Assembly (NCBI GenBank): GCA_973895155.1 | Contig: OZ316897.1 | Coordinates: forward strand, 18,799,011-18,863,010 | Reading direction: 5' to 3' | Source: Marsupella aquatica | Taxonomy: Eukaryota; Plantae; Marchantiophyta | DNA: 64,000 nucleotides | In this document: one piece after another, positions 13,927 to 26,625 of the stretch | Position numbering within the stretch: the first letter of the stretch is position 1 | How the letters are laid out: each line of letters begins with the position of its first letter | The notes under the pieces: model-generated | The model's input: the letters and a program-made list of their open reading frames with translations, nothing else | The model's database searches: none | Told to the model about the DNA's origin: nothing | Translations under genes and position numbers: made by a program

Positions 13927-15779
13927 TATCAGTATAAAAATATTAAGGACAAAATTGGAAGACTATGGTGCCAACAAAACATTGGGAAACACAATGGGGA
14001 TGGGTGAGGCACGTGGATGGGAAACAAGAAGGGGGAGGCTCAATCCTAGCACCTTCTTTTTCTCCTGCGGCTAGATAAGAAAAATCAAACTATCTCTTCC
14101 TTGCAACAACTTCTCTGCCTGACTTATTAAGGACATATTTTCCCCAATAAAATATTTTTCACCTTTGCACAAAGATTTCTTTCACAGATTTCAGACATAT
14201 TTTGTGCATCGCACAAGTATTGAGCTAAATTTAATTGTTTCCAAAAATGCATATAATTTTAGACATAATTAATAGACTAATTTTTTGACACATCAGTGTA
14301 TACTACTTTTCTTATGAGTTTTATGCTTATTAAAGTTTTTGCAAATATCACTTGAATATACATATTTTATACACATAATTGTAATTATTACAAATTTATG
14401 TAGCTTGGTTAATAGGGGTATGCTGACCCCCAAGTTCTCCTATTAAAGGTGGACTTACTATGTAGCCACCAGATCATCTTCCGTCTTTCCATGTTTGAGC
14501 ACTCCATCGAGAGAGCGTAGTTCATATAACCCCTCCATCAGGTCAACCATCTAATTGTAATGCCTCAATCCAAAAGCCTTCCAATTATGTCCATAGGGGT
14601 ATTCTTGGGCTGTGAGTTACCATTTCTGGTAAGAATTTTTGGCTGAACATATGTTACGTGATGGGAGACCAAAAAAGTCTCCAAAAAAGTCTCCCAAGAT
14701 ACTTTTGTTTGCAATACATAGGAATGAAATACAATGTACTACAATACTGGACTTCTATACATTTTCACATTTCCTAAAAAAACCAAAGCAAAATCCAATG
14801 TATTCTATACATTATTTGTATTGAGGCCAGATCATGATGGGAGTGGAAAAAGATGAAGGGAACATTTAATGATTTGTCTTTTGTGTTTACTTCATTCTTT
14901 TGTTGTTATTAACTTTGTTTGTCTTAAGCTAAGGGTATATTTAATACTTGCTCTTTTAAGTTTAGCCAAATGTGACCAAATCCCCCCTTTGGTCAGGGGC
15001 CTGGTTATGTATTTATTCAAAAGTATGGATGGCAAGATAAATGTATCTCATGTTGATATTGCAAAATAGATCTTCTTCATATGGATGTTTGCAGTTTTGA
15101 AATTTAAACGATAAATTTATCTGATGTTGGTATTGCCAACAAGTATTTGTGCCAAATGGATTTTTGCAATAATTTTATTGGACTGCACATTGCGGTTGCG
15201 ACAACGGCGTGTTGACTATGCATGTGTGTGTGGTTACTATGGTCTATTGTGGAAATAACTGTGAGATAAGTTTGACAAACCGTGTGGTAATTTCTTAACA
15301 ATTGTGATGTAAAATAGTTATTGTACATAACCAAAAACTGGGAAAAATTCGGTCGGAACTTTCATGGTTGAAATCCCGAGTCCAATACGAGTATCGGACT
15401 TTGCGCAAAAAATGGATATGGATTTCTAGATAAGACCATTCATATATCTTTGGAAATTGTGAATCTAAGGTTTTGGCGAACATTTTTCAGATCTAATTTT
15501 TCCATGATAGATTTAATGTTTGTGACCATTAATTTTAGTGGTTTTGACCATTCCCAAATTTCCTAATTCAATCCAAACTTCGATACAAATTACATTATTT
15601 TCCCAAAAATTGGTTGTTCATTAAGAAAATGTCAACTTCGCAAGATTTGACGGAAAATGAAAACACACTTCTCATTTGCGGAAATAATTCTTGTTCGATC
15701 GGAAATTGTGTTATCACTGTCCGGTGTCTTTCTCGTGTATAATTGAATCACTAACAAATGTCAACAACCAAGTAGAAAG

Positions 15780-16360
15780 ATACAACTATTTCAAGGCAGA
15801 CACCTGGGTCATAAGGAATAAAGAGAATCTGATAAAATAAGAACGAGCATGGCTTGCTATCCCTTCTGATACAATAGATAAGAAGTTGGCATTCTTTCTA
15901 GTGTGCAAGAGGCTTCGACAGGAGTACAAATGTATACAAAACACAAAGAGTAGAAAGAACTAAATTATACCAAATCTCAAAGAGCTCTAGTTAATTCCTT
16001 GCATTCCCTTGCTGATTCTTCTTGCTTAGGTCACAACCTGGAAGCTCTACGTGAAGCTGAGACAAGCCTTCAAGATTATGAGTTCTTGGATGCAATTGAT
16101 TTACGTAAGAAGTCAAGGATTTGATGGGTAGGAGTTGGGGACACACCCACCAAATTTTTCTTTAACATTGTGCGGATTCATCAACAACGTGCTTCTATTC
16201 CAACCCTTAGGTTATCTGACAGATCACAGGGAGATTCTCATGGAGGTAGGTAACTTCTATCGCACATTATACTAACCCGATGCCCCGGAAACCAAGTAGA
16301 ATAAGGAAGCAAGGCAGAAAATCCTCAAGTACTCCTACCCACATCTTTCCGCTGAAGAAT
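15780..16360 (+). pseudogene. L1-type LINE ORF2 fragment (linker between endonuclease and RT)
   Basis: Translates to AIDLRKKSRI*WVGVGDTPTKFFFNIVR...ILKYSYPHLSAEESDL, with the KSR-W-GD-PTKFF motif of plant L1 ORF2. Contains stops and frameshifts. Confidence 0.75.
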
Positions 16361-16699
16361 CAGATCTTTCAATGAAATCTCAATAGAATCCAAACAATGA
16401 TCAACGCCAAAAATACGCACTCAATCCGGTCTGATCCGATCACACACATATGTCGAGCCAACGCACCTTGCACTCAAGGAATCCACGCTACATAGAGAGA
16501 GATCTCAGCCACCATAGGCACCACACAAGCTCCCCTCTCCAAGGCTCAACATTGAAAGATAACCTTTCAATGCCTCACAAGAGAGAACTACCCTCTCACA
16601 CAAACCTAACGGAACCTTATCGGCTCATATAGCACACATACCAAACATACGGATCTAGATAGTATAATACACTCTAACACTACCTAGGATGGTGTGATA
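16360..16699. repeat. Truncated LTR copy (direct repeat of 23798-24130)
   Basis: ~340-bp near-identical direct repeat, ending ...GGTGTGATA here and ...GGTGTGACA at 24130. Confidence 0.85.
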
Positions 16700-17006
16700 G
16701 CTGTCGTGCGCATACACATCGCTACACAACATACATCACTTGTCACATACATCGCTTATCACTTAAATCCAGACAAAGTCACACTGCCACATCACAAACA
16801 CAAGAGAATGGAATTATACAAGTGGAACTCATGTCCACACATGTCCAAAACCCACAATCGCCCCCCTAGCTGGGAGTAAGGTCCCCTAACTCTAGCTAGC
16901 CATGAGTTCTACAAGGTTGATATACACCTTGTTAGGTGTGAAGATCAACAGGTCGGGTGCAAGTGAGCCCCATCGATCACCTACCTACAATCCATATCTT
17001 CCAAGA

Positions 17007-17319
17007 TCACTCTATTCATTAAAAGTGTATTTTACTTTGTTCACTTTTAGGCCTCTAAATGTTCACTTTTTGGTTTCTAAATGTACACTTTTTAAACCCA
17101 AAAAGTACATTGTAGTCCAATACTCTACACCTAAATGGTGAATTATAAACTTGAGGACACATCCTAGTTCATTTACAAAGGATGAACATGGTGGTATATT
17201 TGATGGCCATCACCTTTATTTCTTGCCCAATTGTACACTTTTTGAAAGCCAAATGTACACTTTCTATTACCCAAATGTTCATATTTTGAATAATAATTCA
17301 CTTTTAATGAGTAGATTGA
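17007..17319. mobile_element. MITE with ~21-bp TIRs (TCACTCTATTCATTAAAAGTG / TCAATCTACTCATTAAAAGTG)
   Basis: 19/21 inverted match between the ends. AT-rich interior with repeated CACTTTT motifs. TSD ambiguous (AGA or AAGA). Confidence 0.75.
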
Positions 17320-20174
17320 AGAGAACACAACTGATAACTAGTCGGATATACCGACACTGAGGATACAACCATGATCCACTAGGAATCACCTGCAATGGTG
17401 GTGTCAAACACGACATGTGTCATCCTCTAGAACATTGATCATAAATAAACATAGTAGCTGCTCCCTGAGCAAATCCACACAACATACATTTCAAGCCAGC
17501 ACGAACATGTGTCAAGCTTGGATCTACTGTACCATCAATGTTGGGAAGGTGACATGGTGCACAATTGCGCACATGATCCTTCCAAACCATACCATCGCGT
17601 CCCTCCAACATCAAGACACCAAAAGGCAACACTTCACCTATGGTCACATCAAGTGTTGTGGATGTTGTCTGCTGCAAGTAAACATAATCTCCAGGATGAA
17701 ATCGCCAAATGCTGGCACGATAACCTCCTCCACAAATAGTGGCATACCTCAAAGTATCACGATGTTGGGCAATGGCAAGGTTGTCAAAAGCCATAGGCAT
17801 CACTCTCTGAAATACCTGTGCTCTCTCTGAACACACCTTGATCCAAACATCAGGATCATCCAAGTTCACAACTAATGCAGTATCACGACAAATAGCTGCT
17901 GGCAAATCTGGCTCTCTACCATAGAGCAAAAAGTAAGGTGAGAAGGATGCAAGTGATGTTCGGTACCCCATAGCTAACCAAGGTAGCTGGAGATCCCAAT
18001 CTCCCAAATGACCAACCTGCAAGCCATACTTACGCAATCCTCTCTTCATAGTCTACACAACTCTCTCAACTAATCCATCTACCTTAGGATGATCACGAGA
18101 GGTAGTACAATGATCAATCAAACCTTGCTTACATAAATTCTCAAACTCTCCATGGAACTCAGTTCCCTGATCAGTCAACACCTCAGCTGGTGCTCCAAAA
18201 TGATTGAGTACATGATCCAAAAATGTAGCAGCAACTCCTCCACTGGCTTTATCTGGCAGCGCCACTAGCTCAATCCACTTGGAGAAGTGCTCCACCATGA
18301 CCAAAACATACCGATTATGACGTTGGGTAAGAGGCAATGGACCAGCAAAATCCAAACTCCAACGATATCCCAAATCCATGATTGGCAACGGGTGCAACTG
18401 GGGAGTGGGAGCATTAAATGATGCTCTCACTCTATCACATACCACACACTTAGCTATCAATTGCTGGACATGAGTGTGCATACCACGCCACCAATATTGT
18501 GTCTGCAGCAAGCTGTAAGTGCACTTCACACCAAAGTGACCCAACTCCTCGTGCGCATGTTGCACCAAATGTACTCGTTGTGATGGTTTTGGTATCACCA
18601 ACACCCTACCATCATGCGGTACTCTCAGAAGATGGTTTCCCTCCCATCAAAACCTCTTAGCTCTCTGTAGAACCCTGTCACGTTCCTTGGCATCAACACT
18701 GCCAACAATAGAACTATTGCGCAGATATTCCAACACTCTCACATTATTATGAATATCTTGTTGTCCAGAAGTTACCTCACCAACATTCACACCTGAAGAC
18801 TCATCATCCATTTCATCCAATGAGGTAAAGTCCATAGATCCACTGTATGCAGGCACCCAACAAAGAAAGGCAGATGCATGCCATCCTGGCACTATCTCCT
18901 TATCTGACTCATCATGCCATCTAGCTCCAGTCTCATCCTGTTGACTGGTACATGGGTTGCGGCTCAACCCATCTGCATCCAAGTTCACCTTTCCAAGTCT
19001 ATGTACAACCTGAAAATCATACTCCTGCAACAACAATGCCCATCGTGCAAGCTTCCCAGTAAGCTTGTTAGACTCCATTAACCACTTGAGAGGCTGATGA
19101 TCAGTGATCAAAGTGAAAGGATTACCAAACAAGTAACAGCGAAAGTGTGCCATAGCCCACACTGCTGCCAAACACTCTCTCTCATAAGAGCTATACTTAG
19201 CCTCTGCTAAATTGTTTGATCTACTGGCATATGCCACAATAAACTCATGCCCTTCATCATCTTTCTGAGTCAACACTACTCCAAGTCCTACTCCACTCCA
19301 AACAGTGTGTAGCTAAAATGGTCTACCTGAAATGGGTCTTCTCAAAATAGGGGATGATGCCAACCTCTGCTTCAACTCCTAAAAGGCATGCTCCTGGTCA
19401 TCACCCCAAGTCCATTCCTGATCCAACTTAGTGAGTATGGTTAAAGGTTTAGCAAGCTGGCTAAATCCTTTAACATACCTCCTATAGTAGCTCGCCAATC
19501 CCAAGAATGCATGAACTCTGCTCACATTAGTAGGACGAGGAATCTGTGTAATGTCCTCCACTTTAGTCTGCTGTACACCCAATTCAATCCCCCTGGGTAT
19601 ATAGTGTGGCCCAAATACTCAATCTGGTCTTGGAAGAACTTACACTTGCCAGGATGGAGCTCTCAATCTCTCCAACACAAGTGTCCTCACAGAGTATATA
19701 TAGCTGCCAATCTGAACACTTTTGCAGGACCAACTCCCAAGTTCAACATGTCTGTCACTAAAAATAATGGGGTGCGCACTATGGTAGTAGCCGCCCCCAA
19801 CAGGATACCTATCATCCCTGCTGCATCACTACCTAATTCTGCCAACTTACCCACACCAGGGTTTGTCCAAATCGGGTTCATAGAGGCAATCTGAACTGTC
19901 TCTGACAATGTAAAAGACTAAGGAAGCTTTATTTGTCGATGTGCATCCCCCCTCTATGGATCTAGCTCCACTACTGCTCCTTTGGCTCAAGAGCTTTGGC
20001 TGCTCCACGTGTCAAAGCTACTGATGCATCAATATGTGCAGTGCCACACATGAATCCCATGGTGGCAAGGTCTCCATTAGCTCCATAAGATATGGAAGGA
20101 CCATGGGATGTGGAAGGTCCATAGGATGTAGATGCCCCATCACCAGAAGTAGGTCTCACCTGGGAACTAGCCAT

Positions 20175-20815
20175 GGCCTCATTCACAATTGGGTGTACCT
20201 TGCAGGAACCACTTTCAGGACTGAAAAACATGCTTTTTTAGTGAAAAATGACTTGAATCGTAATATGGAAAAAGGTTCATCATGATTTTATCTCAAGACA
20301 TTTAAGTCTAATTTTTTCACAAGACTATTTTACATGGTGTAACCTACCTTACCATGTAGATACATCAAGTTTTCAACTGTTTTAAGGGATCATGTTATTG
20401 ATGGCCTTACATAAGCCAAAATTATTGATTATTTTTGTTTTGTACATAAAGGTTTAGTGTGTGTCACTATTTAAGTTTTGAAATATAAGATTATGCTATT
20501 AGTATGCATGCTTTGGTAAAATTTCATTGTCTAAAATACATTTTTTAGAGTCATTTTGAGTCCTTAAATGATGTGACCCGTTGCGTGACAAGTCCTTTTA
20601 TCAATCTTTGAAGGACATATAAGAAAATCTTTAAAGTCTCAAATGCTAGATAATTTAATGAATGTTACCAACCTATAGGATGTTTATTAAGTATAGTACA
20701 TCAAATTTTCTATATCATCTCATTACACCCTAAAAATGATATCCTAAAGCATAATAAACTATGGTCACTTTTGAGTGTGACATTCCTTTTGGGTCCTATA
20801 ATTGTGAATGAGGCC
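20175..20815. mobile_element. Non-autonomous TIR element, 16-bp TIR GGCCTCATTCACAATT, 4-bp TSD CCAT
   Basis: Perfect inverted termini. CCAT at 20171-20174 and 20816-20819. Removing it restores the gypsy frame QQLAAMASSQVRP. Confidence 0.85.
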
Positions 20816-22827
20816 CCATGGCAGCTAGTTGTTGCTCCAATTGAGCAATTTTAGCATCCTTTGGATCTATGGTTATAGCAGGGGCAACGTCACCTCCCTA
20901 TCTCTATGCATGTGGCATGTCACGACCACGTCCACCACCTCTACCTCCTCCTCCTCTTCCCTGATCATGTGTACGGGATCCTCCTCTCTGTAACTCAAGA
21001 TGGAGTGAGAAACACCTATCCTTGATGTGTCAAGGAGCTCCACAATGATCACACTGTCGCTGATCAGGCGCTGATGCTCCCCTTGATCCTCTATGATCTG
21101 GGCAATATTTCTGTGCATGATCCCCACCACAGGCCCAACATCCTGACTGTTGTCCAGCATAAGAGGGCACAGGTCTCCGGTTGGTAGACTCTTGTGTAGT
21201 AGGCTTCTTCCTTTGGCTCTTCCGTGCAATAGGCTATGGTGTGGATGTAGATGCAACCTTTGGTGCTTCCTTGGCAAATCTGGAAGTCACCACTTTCTCA
21301 TTCATCATATTGAGCTCAATGCGCTCATAAAAGGGTAAAAACAATCGCTAATATGGGATCTGCATCCAAGAGTGACATCTCTCACTCTACGTCACAATTC
21401 TCTATCCAGAATTGCATACCAAAACTGGACTGCCTGAGCCTCTGTCACTCCCTTGGTGATAGTGATCAATCTGTGCATACGAGTGTATGCCTCACGTAGA
21501 CTCTCTCCAGTCTTTTGCTGGAACTCCTCGAGACCCTTCAACTTATCAATTCTCACACCCTGATAGTTCTGCTTCAGTACCTCAAAGAATTCCACCATAG
21601 GATTAAATGCTGGTGCAACTCTTGTCCATATCACAATCATACCGGCAGGAGTAGCGGTGGATGTTGTTGGAGTGCTACTGGTGGATGGTGTGCCACTCTG
21701 GCTAGTGCTGCTAGAAGAAGCAGTAGTTGTGGCAATGGATTGGGTAGCCGCACTAGTGCCATAGGTGATGGATACGTAATTAGGCGATCAATGCTACCTC
21801 CATACCTCAATCTCAACCAAAGGAGCCTTCCAAAACTCATGGTAATCATCCATGGGTGGCCCCTCCAAATGCTGAAATAATCCCTTCTATGCCATGAAAG
21901 GGGTAAACAAAGTGGCGTTATGTTGCAATGTCTGCATATCGCACCACGTATCAAACTCCTGGATGAAGTCATCCAGATCAATTGTACCAACTGCACCAGA
22001 GTATCGTCGTGGGCCCTTTGTAGCCCCGTACATCTCTTCCATATCCCACAACAAAGGTGCAATCACCTGATGACAAGGAGAATTGGTCACAGAGTCCTTG
22101 TCAGAATCACTGTCTGAAGCTATGCTGCTGACTACTACCAATGTCATTGGCCAAAACTACGCCCCACTCTGAGTGAAACTGGTCTGTCGTCCATCGGGTA
22201 ACCCAGTAACACCAGAAGAATCCGTGGTGACCAACCTAATCTAATTTGTCCCTATCAACACCACAAGCACTCACCATGGTGTGTTGGGCATCACTCCAAC
22301 ATCACCAAGAGAGAAATACGTAGCATAACTTAGAATGTCCGGTTGCAAACCCGGATCACTCCTATAGAATTGAGCGCCCACGCCAAACCAACATGGCGCA
22401 AAAATAGGAAGCATGTGTGGAGAGGAACAACCCCTGGGCCCTCAGTCTTAACTAATATGTGGAGGATGTGCGAACGCTCAAAGGGTAGTTTTTATTCATT
22501 TTGAACTAATAATTATAATTATTACCGGTAACAAGGGAACTTTTAATGATAAAATGGAAATAACAAGGGGTAAACACGAAAAGGGCCCGATCGCAGGGGG
22601 TCCACTTCTTTTACATGGAGTGAGGGCCCAGGGCCAACAACAAGAAGCGGATATACCACAATTCTTCACACCAAAAGTAATTACAACTCCATACCATAAT
22701 GTTCATAAGGTTCAAAGAAGAGCCTTCATAATAGGCTTTGCAATGACACTCCAATGTTGTAGATGAGAATCAAGGCAAAATTGATTCAATCTATGGATCT
22801 AGATGGACTCAAAAGTATCAAAAACCT

Positions 22828-24130
22828 TGTAACAACTTTTGATTTGGCCTAGAATAGGGCTCTAAACAAATCGGGAAGTGTATAAAGCTCCATGGAGCTT
22901 GAATCTAGACAACAAGTTGAGAAAGCTTGTGTGTACACAAGGTGTGATAAGAACCTGCTAGTTAAGCGCTCGCGTCTGGGAATAGCCTTGGGATGGGTGA
23001 CCTTGCGCTTTGCCTTGCGCTCGTGACTTGGAATAGTCCGGGGATGGGTGCATGACCTTGCAATTTGCCTTATGCGCGCATAGTTGCATGTGTGCACAAA
23101 ATAGAAGTCATCGGGTTCAGAAACGGCAACATTTGCGACTTGAAAACAACAATTTCCTTCACAAAAATGTCATCCGACAGAATATACAATTTGGCAACAT
23201 CGGCCCTCAATCCCTTCACAAAAAATGCAACTTCAGGGTCGTCGATGATTCACAATCGTTGACAGTGCTCTTTCGCACCTCCGTCATCAACGCCGCTACA
23301 AATCCAGCAACATTGCGAATGTTTCTTACTGAAAACAACAGATCGATGCAGGAACACAGTCAAACATATATCTCCAATCAGGTTTTCGTAGGTCAACAAC
23401 TTGCTATCAGATCTGGCAATGTCTGAACTTGGAAGGAGCAATTTCCTTCATAAAAATAGCAGACCCAATCAGCTTCGTGAACCTGCCTTTCACAGATCGC
23501 GATTTAACCTTTAGTACAGATCGATAGAAGCTAACGATCAACCCGACAGCCTCAACGTCCCGAACTGATTTCCTTCGATAGCTAGCCTACGGTAATATCC
23601 GGACTCAAAGCTTGTCACCAATCACAGATCTGACATCGATCAGGAAGCAAGCCGATCGGACAACAACTCAACATCACTACAGATCGAGATACCAACGATC
23701 TGTTTGATAACAACACACGATACGAGCTACCATGAATCGTCGACAACTCAATCAATCTAACTTTTGTTTGCACAATCCGCATAACAGAGTTTGAAGCTCA
23801 GATCTTTCAATGAAATCTCAATAGAATCCAAACAATGATCAACGCCAACAATACGTACTCAATCCCGTCCGATCCGATCACACACATATGTCGAGCCAAC
23901 GCACCTTGCACTCAAGGAATCCACGCTACATAGAGAGAGATCTCAGCCACCACACAAGCTCCCCTCTCCAAGGCTCAACATTGAAAGATAACTTTTCAAT
24001 GCCTCACAAGATCTAGAACTACCCTCTCACACAAACCTAACGGAACCTTATCGGCTCATATAGCACACATACCAAACATACAGATCTAGATAGTACGATA
24101 CACTCTAACACTACCTAGAATGGTGTGACA
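22828..24130. mobile_element. LTR (TG...CA; left boundary uncertain, 22828 or ~23613)
   Basis: Ends GGTGTGACA at 24130 directly against resumed LINE coding sequence. TGTAACAAC at 22828 partly mirrors the end. The last ~333 bp are repeated at 16360-16699. Confidence 0.6.
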
Positions 24131-25290
24131 TGGACAATATGGACGCAGCGCTATTGGGTGGTGAAGTTCATGGTATTACAATCAACCGTGATCTTACTCT
24201 ATTCCACAAAATGTTTGCCAATGACCTCGGCATCCTTACTGGAATGGAATCCTGCTTTCTAGAAATACAAGGAAAGTTGAAAACCTCTGAGTTAGCGGCA
24301 GGAGCACGCTTCAATATTCTTAAATCCGAGGTACTAACATACTGTTTGGATGTCCCTCCGTAGTGGCTTATCAACTCTAACTGTGTCATAATACCAAGAG
24401 GGCATATTTCCAGTTATCTAGGTGCTCTGTTGGGACACAACCTGTCCAGACAGCAATTTCAGGAGTTCTGCTTGAAAAAACTGCATAAAAGGCTAGCGAG
24501 TTGGTCCAATAAAAGGTTTTCCTTCACTGGTCGAGTGATTCTTACTACTTAAGCAAGTATTGCTGTCCATGACAGTATATCATATGATGTACTCTTATTT
24601 TGCCGGGAGCCTAACAGATACAATACAAAAAATGTGTAAGGACTTCTTATGGGGATTCAATAAAACTGGTGGACTCAAATCTCCTCTTGTCTCCTGGGCA
24701 CGGATGTGTGGTCTCAAGAAGAACGGGTGCCTCGGCAACAAGGACATTCACAATCAAGCATCTGCCCTTTTGGCAAGATGGTCTACTAGAATGATCTCTG
24801 ACCCAAGATTGGAATGGGCAATCCTTTTCTCTGCTAACCTCAGATTGGCAGCATGGACAAATCCTGTCCATCTTCGGATATCAGGATACACTTTCCTTTT
24901 CTCTACTCCCTCTAACTTTTGTGGTATGAACTACACTGCAGGAATTTGGAAAGCATGGAGACAGATCTGAGTTCACCTACTTTGGTCTTCTGACTCTACT
25001 GCGATTCCTTCTAGATGGTGTATGGCAGTTATTGTTCCTCTTCTCTTCCGTTCTCATGGGTTCCCTCTCCGCCGCCTCCCGGGGATAATAGCAATATATG
25101 TGCACGTATTAATCTCCGTTCAGCAATGGATCTCTGGGATTGGAATGTGGGGTCTTGGATAGACTTCTCACGAAGGATTACTTGCATTTGGGGAGTCGGG
25201 CTTTCTGCTGTAGGCCTAGTATTGCATGGGGGACATAATCCGGATTCTTCAGTGTGGCCCGCCACCTTCTCTCTCGCTTGCGTTTGTTGA
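24131..25290 (+). pseudogene. L1-type LINE ORF2 fragment (RT C-terminal part and downstream region)
   Basis: GITINRDLTLFHKMFANDL (FADD motif), AAGARFNILKS, SYLGA, KRLASWSNKRFSFTGRVIL, CKDFLWG...PLVSW...KKNGCLG...ALLARW. Contains stops. Confidence 0.85.
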
Positions 25291-26625
25291 ATCCCAATGG
25301 TATTGGCGAGGCCTTCAAAACCATCATCAAATTTATTGTCATTTTGATGGAAGTGTAGCTTAAGTGCTCCTCTAGCCTAGCTAGTTTGCACTGTCACGGC
25401 TGCAACTTTTTGTGCAATGACTTGGCCCTCCTACCAACTACGAGCTCCCAAAAGTATGTCGAGCAGATGTACACTCAGGCACCACCTCGTAGAGCTCAAC
25501 TCCAAGTCGGCAGCTCTCACTTGAAACTCAATAGCAGCTTAGCTCACCAGCAGGTTGAAAAGCGACAATGGACTCCCCTCAAAACTGATTGGCAGACCTC
25601 CACACTGACGCTCGTAGCAGGCCCAATCCTAAACACATTTGCACCCTAAAGTCCAGTCGCGCTCAAACACTTTCAAACGACCCTGCAGGAAGTTCGCGAA
25701 GAGTGCAGCTGGAATGAAGGTCGTCGACTCCCAATTTCCCTCGCAAAACCAACCTCTGCGGCACACTGACCCTGAACACTTAGGGCAAGTAGTACCCCCA
25801 AAATCTCTCGCAAAACCAACCTCCAAGGTACACTGACCCTGAGGGAAAGTAGTACCCCTCACATGTGGGCAGCCATCGAGTGACTTAGCAAACAGGTTGG
25901 TTTGGACATAAAAGAACCAATGCAAATGACTTAGCAAAAAGTTCAATGTGGGGAGAGTGCACTTTGGTCAAGAACAAGGCCAAATATAGTCAGGTATGAA
26001 TCCACATTATAAGTGAAAGTACCCACCATTCTGATGAAAACCCCCATATTTATACCCATTATATTTGGACTTATTGAACCATGAGTGTGCAATATGTAGT
26101 TGCACCGGGAGTTGCATATTAGGGATTGGCATCCGAAATTGGCTAATGGGGTATGCATGCTGACGGAATTTTAAAAAATGATGTCCAATTCATATTGCAC
26201 TATTGTGGAGTATCTAACATAACTTACCTATTTCTTACTTACCAGTGTTACAATAGCGACATTGGATAAAGTTGTAAGCATGACTTCCCACAACCTCACC
26301 AAAACTTAGTTGGTATGATGTAACTAACATGACACCCACAAACTTGGAGTCGCATATTTATGAAGGTCTCGCACAAGTCACATAGGGGAGGGTCTCAGAA
26401 TGGGTGGTTTTCTTCTAGTGCTAGCACCCCTAGATCAAAACAAAAAAATCTGAAATTACTAATATCAACTTATTATAATGAAACTCATTTTTGAAAAATG
26501 TGTTACATGGGATTGGGTAACTTTCAAAGACCAACATTGTGGTCCATAGATAGGAGCATCATTCTTTTTACACAAGATGACCTGCACCACCCTGGCTAAG
26601 GTTAAAAACAGTCTTCAAAATTAAG

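Larger units (their letters stand above)
16857..22400 (-). mobile_element. Decayed Ty3/gypsy retrotransposon internal region: gag, partial RT, RNase H, integrase with C-terminal PHD finger
   Basis: gag (RYSGAVGTIDLDDFIQEFDTWCD; FQQKTGESLREAYTRM; CCHC remnants). RT end (HPGKCKFFQDQIEYLGH, FLGLASYYRRY). RNase H (VAYASRS...YSSYERECLAAVW...TDHQPL...RWALLLQEYDF). Integrase (HEELGHFG...CVVC...WSLDFAGP...TDQGTEF...GLVER; SPYFLLYGR). PPT-like AGGGGGGCG on the minus strand at ~16859-16868. Many stops and frameshifts. Confidence 0.92.
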
